From: an uncultured delta proteobacterium | GTDB taxonomy: Bacteria > Desulfobacterota > Desulfobacteria > Desulfobacterales > B30-G6 | Assembly: GCA_963701385.1 (NCBI GenBank) | Contig: CAVOZW010000017.1 | Coordinates: 1,481-65,480 of the forward strand | DNA length: 64,000 nucleotides | Reading direction: 5' to 3' | Shown here: in pieces, positions 45,201 through 53,183 of the stretch | How positions within the stretch are numbered: position 1 is the stretch's first letter | Layout of the letters: each line of letters begins with the position of its first letter | Notes under the pieces: model-generated | What the model saw: only the letters and a program-made list of their open reading frames with translations | What the model was told of the DNA's origin: nothing | Databases searched by the model: none | Program-made: the position numbers and the translations under genes

Positions 45201-45455
45201 CTCGAAAAACCACCAGTCGCAGTTGCGAGTGCCTGATATGCCGGAGGTGCGACTGATTTCAGCAAATGGAGATGACAGATTGGCACTTTTTATGGCGGTT
45301 GTTTTTCCAGATCCGCTTTCACCGACGATCATATACCAGGGCAGTACATATAAGGGATTGCCGCGTTTCTTGAGGCTGGAATGTCGCAGGGCCGCCATGG
45401 CCTCCTTCCAGCGATCCTGCAGTTCCTGTGACTTCTGTTTTATCTTTCTTGTCAA
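42207..45455 (-). CDS. tssM: TssM (IcmF) membrane-complex protein, lacking the N-terminal TM hairpin in this frame
   Basis: 1082 aa. LYVLPWYMIVGESGSGKTTAIKSA (Walker A), a third TM segment LTSWVAIIIALCGLLSFSFV, and a long periplasmic domain. The frame opens only 3 codons upstream of a TTG at 45455, after a TGA at 45462-45464. Confidence 0.9.
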   Translation of the reverse strand: MTRKIKQKSQELQDRWKEAMAALRHSSLKKRGNPLYVLPWYMIVGESGSGKTTAIKSANLSSPFAEISRTSGISGTRNCDWWFFEQAIIIDTAGRYAIPVDEGRDKDEWQQFLTLLTKFRKKEPLNGLVVTVAADKLLSASDEDLDAAGKSIRRRIDELSRVLGATFPVYVLVTKCDLIQGTIQFCDRLTEKMHAQAMGVVNTDGSNDTDAVVKKTVSTIGDRLREIRLLLFEKPDPQGIDPSLLIFPEEFEKIKDGLGAFIKGTFQENPYQETPNFRGIFFSSGRQEGTPYSHFLKDLGLIDEKEVLTASSKGLFLHDFFARILPGDRGLFSLTQRAIEWKHLTRNLGLTSWVAIIIALCGLLSFSFVKNLKTLRDVSNELSQAPVLQGDLLSDIVIMDRFQQAVSRVETQNSRWWIPRFGLHQSRDIEGALKQKYCTQFRSGFLTPLEKKMTDSLTQFSAATPQAVIGSHVAYLVKRINLLKARMAGESLTSLKVHSQPTFNLADDDRDQSLLPEMVEQISKLNLYYLLWQQDTSGLNQEMADLQNWLKYVLTLKGVKLNWLADWINADPGYTATTMAEFWGAELGGAHDLFVPPAFNVQGKVGIDAFLGEIEAALFDPLLIANQKAAFQTWYSDSYFRYWHTFAAAFLNAPDKMSLPEQFQEAGIRMATDEGPYFGLLSRMSRELEPILEGQDRPAWTALVDDFKAIRQQARIVAESESKKSGILKKAVKSVGKRIEKAEKALGDKAAGTLSIEKRLLAGKIIAAYQTAIEELKPAYSSRAVAYQAAADIFSDDAATSKIPYYVADNSLDNLSSILKTTDKESKTIWHLIAGPKDYFYRYVLEETACRLQEIWEQDTLVELQDMSDSSNMNQTLMGEGGLALKFINGPAKPFINRSVEKGYYAKKVHGRQVDFEKDFLVYLTKGAKSAKYVKNNYKVTINAEPTGANRDAEVKPHLTLVELQCADSKVQLVNQNYPVSKTFQYSPQSCGDVTFKIEVGDILLTKKYQGFDAFPEFLKDFERGKRVFFPKEFPKEAQALKRIGVNYITVRYKLQGHEPVLKLLRSAPGKVPQIIVRCWDS

Positions 45456-45702
45456 GTGATCTCAGATAGGATTCGTCCTGTTCGATGACCTGATGCACAA
45501 AATTTTGCTCGCGTCGACGCAGCAACAATTTTCGGACAAGGACAATCACCAGGCAGATGCCCAGAATTCCCGTAAGAATAAAACAGCCTGTCCACCAGGG
45601 CCAATGCATAAGCAATACCCCCCCGAAGACCAAGGCAATGATGAGCGCCACACTGGTAATAATCAAAAACCACTTCAGCAATTTTAAAATGAGCTGCTTC
45701 AT
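45319..45702 (-). CDS. TssM N-terminal fragment (two TM helices) encoded in a different reading frame
   Basis: 127-aa ORF. It encodes WFLIITSVALIIALVFGGVLL and WWTGCFILTGILGICLVIVLV followed by RKLLLRRREQNFVHQVIEQDESYLRS. It then runs out of frame over the tssM 5' end (137-nt overlap). Starts directly after the tssL stop. Confidence 0.6.
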   Translation of the reverse strand: MKQLILKLLKWFLIITSVALIIALVFGGVLLMHWPWWTGCFILTGILGICLVIVLVRKLLLRRREQNFVHQVIEQDESYLRSLDKKDKTEVTGTAGSLEGGHGGPATFQPQETRQSLICTALVYDRR

Positions 45703-46380
45703 CTAGGGTACCGTGCTGAGCAGGGTTTGACTGATATTGTTCAACACAAACTGATATATGAAAAACATCCCCCCCAAAAGAATCAGGGGAGATAGTATGC
45801 CCACCAGGGAGGCCAACGAAAACCGATGACCTTGCTTCCCTGAAGGTTGCCGTTCCTGATCACTGGGGTAGGCCTCCGGAAACAACCGGCCATGATCGAG
45901 GGTTGGCACGCCCATCGATCCGCCAGATAGCACTTTTAAATTGGAAGTCTTGAGTTGTTCCAGTAGATAGTCATCGCCTTCGTTGCAATACTGTCCGGCA
46001 AATCCCATGGCGAGGCAGATATAATAAACTTCGCGAACATCTCTTTGGTGAGGTCCAATGCTGTTCAGCTTTTTGAAAAAGAGCTCTCCAGCATCCGCTG
46101 TCTGGTAGTAGCGGCGCTGAAGCTGCTCCCGCATCCAGTCTGTTTTACCCTCCCATTGAGAGCTCAACAACCGTTCGTCTATCCAAGCAAACACCGCGAA
46201 TCTTGCCAGGTCATAATCTTCCCTTGAAAAATTCCCTTGGTTACAAATCGCTTCACTTTCGGTAATCAGGCGCTGGATATCGCCTTTAACCTGATCAAAA
46301 GTGGGCTGCCGAGAAGTGTTTGATTTTGTCACGTAGGCCACAAATGCTATGAGCTTGATAAAACAGTCCGATAATCGCAT
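45703..46380 (-). CDS. tssL: TssL (DotU-family) membrane-complex protein
   Basis: 225 aa. FAVFAWIDERLL, GELFFKKL, EVYYICLAMGFAGQY, and a C-terminal TM helix. Confidence 0.88.
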   Translation of the reverse strand: MRLSDCFIKLIAFVAYVTKSNTSRQPTFDQVKGDIQRLITESEAICNQGNFSREDYDLARFAVFAWIDERLLSSQWEGKTDWMREQLQRRYYQTADAGELFFKKLNSIGPHQRDVREVYYICLAMGFAGQYCNEGDDYLLEQLKTSNLKVLSGGSMGVPTLDHGRLFPEAYPSDQERQPSGKQGHRFSLASLVGILSPLILLGGMFFIYQFVLNNISQTLLSTVP

Positions 46381-46382
46381 GT

Positions 46383-47765
46383 TCAGCTCCCAACCGCCAT
46401 CAGTTCGACCTTTAAATCACCCGGTGCCGTATCCCAGTAAAGCGCCAAGTTGTTTCCTTTTTGAACCTGCGACCACTGATCATGGTGATGGTCTATCTGA
46501 AAATAGAGTGAATTGGCGCGTCTCGGTAATTCTTGAGGCGGTATCTCGAGATGTTCCATTTGAATACCTGGGAGAGACCGGGCAATCAGCAACGGTAGTG
46601 TTTCGCGAGTTCCCAGTTTTGAGATCGAGAGAATTGTTTGAATGAGTGCCTCGATGTCAGCTTCGGTTGAAAACACCAAATAAAATCGGTTTCTTCCCTC
46701 GAAGATGGCCGGGGGCAACTCGGTTGAAAAATAAGTACCATCGTAGAGTAATTGCATGGCATATTCTGGTCCCGCAGTAATCTCATCCAAAAGCCCGGTT
46801 ATGAGCCGTTGAATCCCCGCAAAACACTGCCATAAGCGTTGATGATCATATCTCTCAATCAAAGACGTCCCATCTTCAAGCTCTCCCAGCATGGTGATTT
46901 TTTCTGAAAATGATGAAAGATCTCCGACCAGCTGTTTCAAAACACCATACACCATCCAAGGATGCACCTGCTGGGTCTCAATAAAGTGAAACAGCAAGGG
47001 TGTATAACGGTTCAAAGACCGCAGCGCCAATAAAAAAACCATATCTCTGGAACCAAATTCGGCCGTATGTATGCCCCTATCTCGCTTATAAGACTCCAGT
47101 TGCCGACCTCTCGAGGCGATTTGATCCCGCACCTCCGTTAGGACATTGAGAAGGACATTTGATCCGGTTATGACAGGGCATGGTGGGATGTACTGATCCG
47201 ACAAGACAATGGCATCACCCGATCGTTCTAACCTGGCAACGGGTATCAAAACATATTCTCCCAGCCTGTCTTTCTCTGTCTCCCAAAATATCTTTAATAA
47301 GTAGTGCAGTCGTTTGACCTGTGCATTGGGGCCGTCATGATACAGGTCTTTGATCTCTTCAGCGTCTGTTGTGGCTACATAGCGCGTGGTCACATCTGAT
47401 ACATTTTCCAGGCTGGGTAGAACCGTTGCGTTTTCACCATTTTCATTCCACTTTTTCAGACCAATGTAGACCTGAAACGGTTTGCCACCATCCAGCCAGT
47501 CGTCTTTAAAGGATCGAGCAGCAACCAGGGCATTGCCGGGAAAAACCACATGGGTCATGTCCGGGAATACCATCTCGGCACCGATCAGATTAAAAATGCC
47601 CCTTCCCAGGGAAGCCTGCTGGATGTCCAAGGCTGCGATGCCCCAAAAATGCGGTGCCATAAACTCAAAAAGGGGCCTCGGCAATGTCTGTTGATAGCGA
47701 TCATTCAACTGAAGATGCTGTGGCTGCAAAAAAAGGCCTTGATGCCAAAATAGTGGTTTTTCCAT
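46383..47765 (-). CDS. tssK: TssK baseplate protein
   Basis: 460 aa. The N-terminus PLFWHQGLFLQPQHLQ is typical of TssK/ImpJ. Confidence 0.88.
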   Translation of the reverse strand: MEKPLFWHQGLFLQPQHLQLNDRYQQTLPRPLFEFMAPHFWGIAALDIQQASLGRGIFNLIGAEMVFPDMTHVVFPGNALVAARSFKDDWLDGGKPFQVYIGLKKWNENGENATVLPSLENVSDVTTRYVATTDAEEIKDLYHDGPNAQVKRLHYLLKIFWETEKDRLGEYVLIPVARLERSGDAIVLSDQYIPPCPVITGSNVLLNVLTEVRDQIASRGRQLESYKRDRGIHTAEFGSRDMVFLLALRSLNRYTPLLFHFIETQQVHPWMVYGVLKQLVGDLSSFSEKITMLGELEDGTSLIERYDHQRLWQCFAGIQRLITGLLDEITAGPEYAMQLLYDGTYFSTELPPAIFEGRNRFYLVFSTEADIEALIQTILSISKLGTRETLPLLIARSLPGIQMEHLEIPPQELPRRANSLYFQIDHHHDQWSQVQKGNNLALYWDTAPGDLKVELMAVGS

Positions 47766-47770
47766 TTGGA

Positions 47771-48307
47771 CTAGTTTCCTTCAACCATCTGTAATTGTTT
47801 TGAACCCAGGTGTATGACAAGGTTCAACGGTGCCGCTTTGTTTGTTAAAGTACGTTTGAAAATCCCTTTTTTCTCGATGACGGTTGGAATATCGAACATA
47901 CGCACGACACGCTCTTTTTTCAGTTGGTAATACCCTGCAACAACGGCGACATATTTGGCGCCTTCGGCACGATCCAGGATAAAGGTCTGATTCTGACCCG
48001 GATAAGCGATTAGCTTTTTTGTATTGGCCACGCTTCCATCAAAGAGATTACATTCCAGCAGTTTGCGGAGTCCATCCTGATCCGCCGTCATTTGGTTGAA
48101 CGAATTCTGATTGTTCAACTGATAAACACAAATTAACAGGGTGTGCGGCATGCCGTCGACGAGATTCAATTGGCCATCATTTCTGAGTTCTAGGGTGATC
48201 TCCTGCGGCCCTTGAACCCATTCAGGTGGTGGTGGTTTCTTAGCGGCACAAGAAAATATAAATAAAAAGCCCACCGAAACAACAACTGCTTTTGTGATTG
48301 CTTTCAA
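47771..48307 (-). CDS. tssJ: TssJ outer-membrane lipoprotein
   Basis: 178 aa. Lipobox FIFSCAA, then LLICVYQLNNQNSFNQ, typical of SciN/TssJ. Confidence 0.8.
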   Translation of the reverse strand: MKAITKAVVVSVGFLFIFSCAAKKPPPPEWVQGPQEITLELRNDGQLNLVDGMPHTLLICVYQLNNQNSFNQMTADQDGLRKLLECNLFDGSVANTKKLIAYPGQNQTFILDRAEGAKYVAVVAGYYQLKKERVVRMFDIPTVIEKKGIFKRTLTNKAAPLNLVIHLGSKQLQMVEGN

Positions 48308-49056
48308 CGTGATTCCTCCTGAATTTCTGAAAATTCACGACAGTTCTTTTCAAACTCTCTTAACAGCTTGTCCTTAAATCTCTCGGATTGCAACCAATTT
48401 TTAACCACTTGATATTTATCATTAAATTGTTCAAAGCAATCGGCTTTTTTAAACACGCCGATTTTCAGACCACCGGTCTCTTCTGACATCATTTTTCCCG
48501 GATCCAGTTCCTCCAATATTTGTAATACAATCGATTTGGCTGCCGTTGAAAATGCCCGGTGTGACGTTAAAAAGGCTTGGTTGATCTTGCTGATATAGCT
48601 CTCAAGGGAATCCGATTGAGTGGTTCCTTCGATCTGTGATCCGATAATTTGCCGAATGGTTTCCTCCCCTTTGGTATAGCCATAGAGCCTCGTATTGATG
48701 CTTTCTATCAAGGAATTAAGACTGTTAAATACTAGATTGAACGATTCTATTAGTCGATCCGAAAATTCCTGAGGCGTTAGGTCATTGGCGGAAATAGATC
48801 TACCTAAAAGTAGAGATATCAAACTTGGAAGCGCGTCGCCATTTTGGGGCTCATGTGTCACCGTATCTATGGACACAGGTTGATTCAAGGATACCAATCT
48901 TTCCAAGCATGCAATCCTCTCTTTCATGCTTAAAGATGTCAGTACGTTGTCGAGATAGGACTCGACCAGCGTTTCGGCGCTCGAAGGCGCCGAAGAACAT
49001 ATGCCTTCAATATCTTCCATTATTTGTTGCATATTGATTTCTGCGGTTCTTGCCAT
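48304..49056 (-). CDS. Hypothetical T6SS-associated protein (possibly TagH C-terminal-domain-like, without an FHA domain)
   Basis: 250 aa, 4-nt overlap with tssJ. The C-terminal ILEELDPGKMM...FKKADCFEQFNDKYQVVKNWLQSERFKDKLLREFEKNCREF resembles my recollection of the non-FHA C-terminal region of TagH/ImpI. This is unverified. Confidence 0.3.
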   Translation of the reverse strand: MARTAEINMQQIMEDIEGICSSAPSSAETLVESYLDNVLTSLSMKERIACLERLVSLNQPVSIDTVTHEPQNGDALPSLISLLLGRSISANDLTPQEFSDRLIESFNLVFNSLNSLIESINTRLYGYTKGEETIRQIIGSQIEGTTQSDSLESYISKINQAFLTSHRAFSTAAKSIVLQILEELDPGKMMSEETGGLKIGVFKKADCFEQFNDKYQVVKNWLQSERFKDKLLREFEKNCREFSEIQEESR

Positions 49057-49057
49057 A

Positions 49058-51259
49058 TCAATCCTTTTTGGAAGGTTTTTGGATAATCGTCTTTTCTAAT
49101 TCATCATCCGCTTTGTCGTTGCCCACCAATTTCGTTGTGTCTTTGAATTGATCGGCGCTCTGCTTTTTATTATTTGTTTTAACGAACTTTGACATGATCT
49201 GTCGGTCAAAGGGGGAGCTTTTTGCGGATGCATCCGTTTTTGATATAATTATTGTTTTTGGAAGGCCTTCATCCAAAGCATCGGCATTCGAGGAATTCAT
49301 ATTCGATCCAGTTATTGGTACGATGATGGTTTCCTGTGACTCGATACTTTCATCGTTTAATCTATTTTCAAATCCGCCCCGTGCTGAGCTGCCATTGGCG
49401 CTTGAGGCAGGCGAGGGCTTATTGTTGTATTTGCGTTCATCAAAATGCGCTGAGCTTTGAAACCTGTCAGCTGAGATAATGACGGTTTCATAAATATCTG
49501 CTTCTTCTTGATCATCGATCGTATGAATCTGGGGTGCGTCTTGTGTGGGAATGGGTTCTGGGCGGGACTCATTTGATTCAACTTTAGCTGCAAAAGCTTC
49601 GCGCCATTTCTTCAGGATATGCATCAAAATGTTTTGGGGATCCTTGTCCATGGAGGCCGTTTTGGGCGATGAGGATGGCGGGGATGGTCTGTTCTGAAAC
49701 AGCTTTTCTTTTACATCCGATCGTAATTTTTCAAGTGAAATATAAAATGCGTGTATCGATCCATTTGAATCTAGTGTTATGTTTCCTTTTAACAATGACA
49801 TTCCCAGTTCAAGGGATTGATCCCAAAAAGGTGCCAAGGTTTGATTCACACTTCTCTTTTCTGGATTCCAAAAAATATTTTCTGGCGTTAAATTTAGAAA
49901 ACCGGTTCGGATCAGATCAAGATTACCGGAATTTATGTGTTCGCCTGATAGATCTTCAAGCATCTGGCCGATTCCACGGGATACCGTATCCGCATCCTGG
50001 GATTGATTGACCAACAGGGCATAAAACCAAATTGTTCCAATATCGTAAAGAGGCCTGGATTTAAGCTGGTTGCGAATTTCCAGCGTGCCGGTAGTACACG
50101 GCCCAACACCCAGAAAACTCACTTTAAAATTCCACATAAGCGGGTGGAAAGCGTCTGGGTCAACGACTTTGATCCAAACTCTGCTGAGCGATAATTCCAG
50201 ATCAGGATATTCATCGGGCATAAAATTCGGAAAACAGCTTTGGAAAAGATTTGAAAGAAAGGATAACTTCAAATAAAGAATTTCAAGAAACAACGCGTCG
50301 TCTTTATCCATAAATAAAATTGGCCGGCTGCCAAAACGTTTGATAACAGACGAAAAATATGGCGTTTTTCCCGGATCCGGGTCAGCAGCATACCGATCTC
50401 TCAAGTCCATAGCAGATGCACCGGATATCAACATCAGGGAATCACGCGCGTTCAATGTTACCGCAGGAAACATGAGCATAAAAAAGGGGTAAAAAGAAAA
50501 GGGAATTATTCTAGAGCCAACCAAGTCCTTCGAACGATAACAAGCGCTTCGTTCATTACAGTCGGAACATGGGATGTTCACTTTAACCTTATCTTTAGTG
50601 TCGAAAATATGCCCATACCCAGCCAGCAACTGGCTCAAATCCTTTATTTGTTCTCGTTGGCCACCCTCCTTTGATGGTACATAAAATGACATATTCTCAT
50701 TTTGATGGCAGCAGGTTGGGCAGTATAAATATCGTTTTAGGGATGTTGCGTAGCGCTGCAAGTCGCCTTTTTGTAATAGATCATCATCAATGCATAACTG
50801 TAACTGCTGTAAGCAGGTTGGGCACGGCGGATGAAAAAAGCGATTTTGTAATTTGCAGTAAAAAAGCGATGCCATCGGCAGAAGCCTGCCGCTATCGCTG
50901 ATATGTTCTTTATGCAATATAAGCTTGGTTGGTTGATCCATCATGGCATAAAAATCAAAGACCGATTGCCATGCATCCACCACCGCCTCATTCTGCAATG
51001 ATTGAAAACCATCGTGACTGGCCTGGATCAGATCCTTTTGCACCATCAGGCACACCGATTGAATCTTACTTTTTGCAGGGGTGAGAATGTTAGCCCCAAT
51101 CAAGCGAAACATGGGATCGTCGTCATTCAACACCAAAAAGGGTGACATCGAATCTTCTTGACTACCGATTTTCAATGCAGAATCATTTAATTCCAAATAA
51201 AAAGGTCGGCTGTCATCTAACAGCGGAAGTAGAGATGCTGTGATGTATGTCTTTGGCAC
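49058..51259 (-). CDS. Hypothetical protein, first gene of the T6SS operon; CxxC pairs and a disordered C-terminus with [EK]T[IV]II repeats
   Basis: 733 aa, GTG start with GGGAGGGAA upstream. Cys pairs HPPCPTC...YCPTCC and PCSDC...AC. C-terminal motifs ETVIIS, ETIIVP, KTIIIS, KTIIQK. I recognise no family. Confidence 0.5.
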   Translation of the reverse strand: MPKTYITASLLPLLDDSRPFYLELNDSALKIGSQEDSMSPFLVLNDDDPMFRLIGANILTPAKSKIQSVCLMVQKDLIQASHDGFQSLQNEAVVDAWQSVFDFYAMMDQPTKLILHKEHISDSGRLLPMASLFYCKLQNRFFHPPCPTCLQQLQLCIDDDLLQKGDLQRYATSLKRYLYCPTCCHQNENMSFYVPSKEGGQREQIKDLSQLLAGYGHIFDTKDKVKVNIPCSDCNERSACYRSKDLVGSRIIPFSFYPFFMLMFPAVTLNARDSLMLISGASAMDLRDRYAADPDPGKTPYFSSVIKRFGSRPILFMDKDDALFLEILYLKLSFLSNLFQSCFPNFMPDEYPDLELSLSRVWIKVVDPDAFHPLMWNFKVSFLGVGPCTTGTLEIRNQLKSRPLYDIGTIWFYALLVNQSQDADTVSRGIGQMLEDLSGEHINSGNLDLIRTGFLNLTPENIFWNPEKRSVNQTLAPFWDQSLELGMSLLKGNITLDSNGSIHAFYISLEKLRSDVKEKLFQNRPSPPSSSPKTASMDKDPQNILMHILKKWREAFAAKVESNESRPEPIPTQDAPQIHTIDDQEEADIYETVIISADRFQSSAHFDERKYNNKPSPASSANGSSARGGFENRLNDESIESQETIIVPITGSNMNSSNADALDEGLPKTIIISKTDASAKSSPFDRQIMSKFVKTNNKKQSADQFKDTTKLVGNDKADDELEKTIIQKPSKKD

Positions 51260-51601
51260 CCATTCCCTCCCTTCTGGGCGTTACTCAATGACTGTTCAAT
51301 CTATCTTTTACAGTAAAAGGGAGCTTAATGTTTAATGTTGGAAAACTTGATAGCCATTTTCACAGTATCCATTATATACCTCTCGGTGTATTTTTAAATC
51401 AATGATTGTTCTAATTTCGAACGTGTGAAATGCAACAGATGAGAAAGGATGAGGGAAGGATCTGATCCACATTTATAGCAACGGGTGCAGTTCAAATAGA
51501 TACAGCATGAATCAGGTCCTTCTATTCTCCAATAAATTTGAACCATTAGATATAATTTACAAACAAATACACAGAATTGTCAAGCAAGATGTAGTATATA
51601 G

Positions 51602-51796
51602 TTGAGCATCCGGGGTGTTTTTTTGTATCAGTATCAGAGCGGACATTGGTATTTTATCGCTTTCAGCGCGCAAACTCATGTAAAAGGCAGCCTTAAGATA
51701 AATATAGATTCCAATATGATAACATCTAATTATCGCATAGAACCATTGCGACGACAAATCATACCTGCATTTGGTGATCGTAGGTTAACGGCTTGA
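51602..51796 (+). pseudogene. Possible 5' remnant of a tyrosine recombinase/integrase gene
   Basis: The 64-aa ORF RGVFLYQYQSGHWYFIAFS...NYRIEPLRRQIIPAFGDRRLTA resembles an integrase N-terminal arm-binding/SAM-like region and is then truncated by a stop. The surrounding DNA is AT-rich and non-coding. Confidence 0.3.
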
Positions 51797-52082
51797 ATAA
51801 TTGTAAACAATTAAGGAGCCATACCCATCTTCATCGATGCGGCGGCCACAACGGTTCCTAACGTACTCAAACAGTTGCCCAGCTTCAAACCGAACATCCG
51901 CTGGTCTCTATTTATCATAACTTGGACTTTATGGATAACCACATTTTATGAAGTAGGCATCATATGCATATAAATTAGCTTGTTTGGATATTTTAGGGCA
52001 TTTTCAAAATCGACTCTAATATACCGAAGTTACCGAGAATCCATGAATAATGCCTATGAGCAAGGTAAGCCCACAAAAATTT

Positions 52083-52403
52083 TCATTCTTTTCCACCGTT
52101 AGCATCATTCCCTTGCCTCTTCCATTCCGGGAAAAGTCTGTGCCCTTCAAACACAGTCAAAACTACGATTCGATCTGGAAAAACCTGGTAAACAATACGA
52201 TAATTGCCTTCTATCAGTTCACGTATGTCTTCACGTGAAAATTCTGGCACCATGCGGCCCGATTCTGGCACAGGGAGGATATTCCGAGCTCGATCCCTCA
52301 AACGAGCAATCCATTGCTTGGCAGCAGTTGGGTTATCAGCAGCAATGAATCGGCGAATGACCATCAATTCTTTTTTAGCTGTGTCAGTCCAAAAAAGCTT
52401 CAT
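52083..52403 (-). CDS. parE: ParE/RelE-family toxin
   Basis: 106 aa. LFWTDTAKKELMVIRRFIAADNPTAAKQWIARLRDRARNILPVPESGRMVPEF...YRIVYQVFPDRIVVLTVFEGHRLF. 4-nt overlap with the upstream antitoxin. Confidence 0.8.
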   Translation of the reverse strand: MKLFWTDTAKKELMVIRRFIAADNPTAAKQWIARLRDRARNILPVPESGRMVPEFSREDIRELIEGNYRIVYQVFPDRIVVLTVFEGHRLFPEWKRQGNDANGGKE

Positions 52404-52663
52404 CGATCTATGCCCAGTTCCTCATCTGCCACAATCCGTCCTTCTTGCACATCTGCCATTCCCGATTTTACGGCATCGACAAAGCGAGCTCGCTCCGTAA
52501 GAAAGTCGAAATCAGCTGGTGCAATCAGAACGGCTGCGGCCCTGCCATTTTGGGTAATTACAATAGGGCGATGTGACTTTTGAACCTCATTAAGCATCTT
52601 GGACGCCCGGTTTTTAAAATCTGACAACGAGATGATAGATTGGGAAATGTTGATAGGTTTCAT
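52400..52663 (-). CDS. Phd/YefM-family antitoxin
   Basis: MKPINISQSIISLSDFKNRASKMLNEVQKSHRPIVITQNGRAAAVLIAPADFDFL. ATG at 52663 with GGAG upstream is preferred over the track's GTG at 52675. Confidence 0.8.
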   Translation of the reverse strand: MKPINISQSIISLSDFKNRASKMLNEVQKSHRPIVITQNGRAAAVLIAPADFDFLTERARFVDAVKSGMADVQEGRIVADEELGIDR

Positions 52664-53183
52664 GCGCAACTCCACATTTAATTTAAGTTAATATTGATAT
52701 CTAATATAGGCTATATTTCGACCAAAATCAAGCGTCATATTAAGGCGATGTTGTGAGCTATGTATTATGAAAATAATCCGCTAATAAATTTGTTGGTGCT
52801 ATTATAATTTCAATTTTGTACCCATTTTGTACCCTTTTGAGCTAGGTGCATGCACACGCATGGCGTGCATGTTGTCGGAATCATTAACTTTTTGATGCTG
52901 GGTTTGCAGCCGAAAAAATGAGCTGAAAAACTGGTGACGGTTGAAAAGTGCTGTGTTCTCAATTGGTTATAGTGGTTTGGATTTGGGAGTTTCAGAGAAT
53001 GGAGTTCAAGGGGTCGGAGCCCGACTGAAGCGGGTAAAGCAACCCTCCAATAAGGAGGCTTGTGCGCCTCTGGCGCATTCCAATCCCCCGCCACACTAAG
53101 GGCGGGTAAATCTCATCCCGACCAATAAAATCAATGATTAATGGGGGTTAGTGACGATATCCGACGTTTTGTTGCAAAATCAA

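Noticed and set aside
51480-51510. Possible sigma-54 promoter (minus strand CTGCACCCGTTGCTA) upstream of the T6SS operon
   Set aside because: It lacks the GG of the -24 element, and the spacing between the GC elements is too short for TGGCAC-N5-TTGC.
52810-53094. 94-aa minus-strand ORF in the non-coding gap
   Set aside because: It has no RBS, an odd composition, and it overlaps the hairpin cluster. The tandem ttttgtaccc repeat near its end is more likely non-coding.
52990-53140. tRNA, tmRNA or RNase P fragment. The plus strand has ttccaatcccccgcc resembling a T-arm/acceptor. The minus strand has AGTCGGGCTCC resembling the RNase P GUCCGGGCUCC.
   Set aside because: No complementary T-stem or acceptor stem and no CCA context can be drawn. 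The RNase P-like match is off by one nucleotide and lacks the flanking conserved regions. The region is kept only as a generic hairpin cluster.
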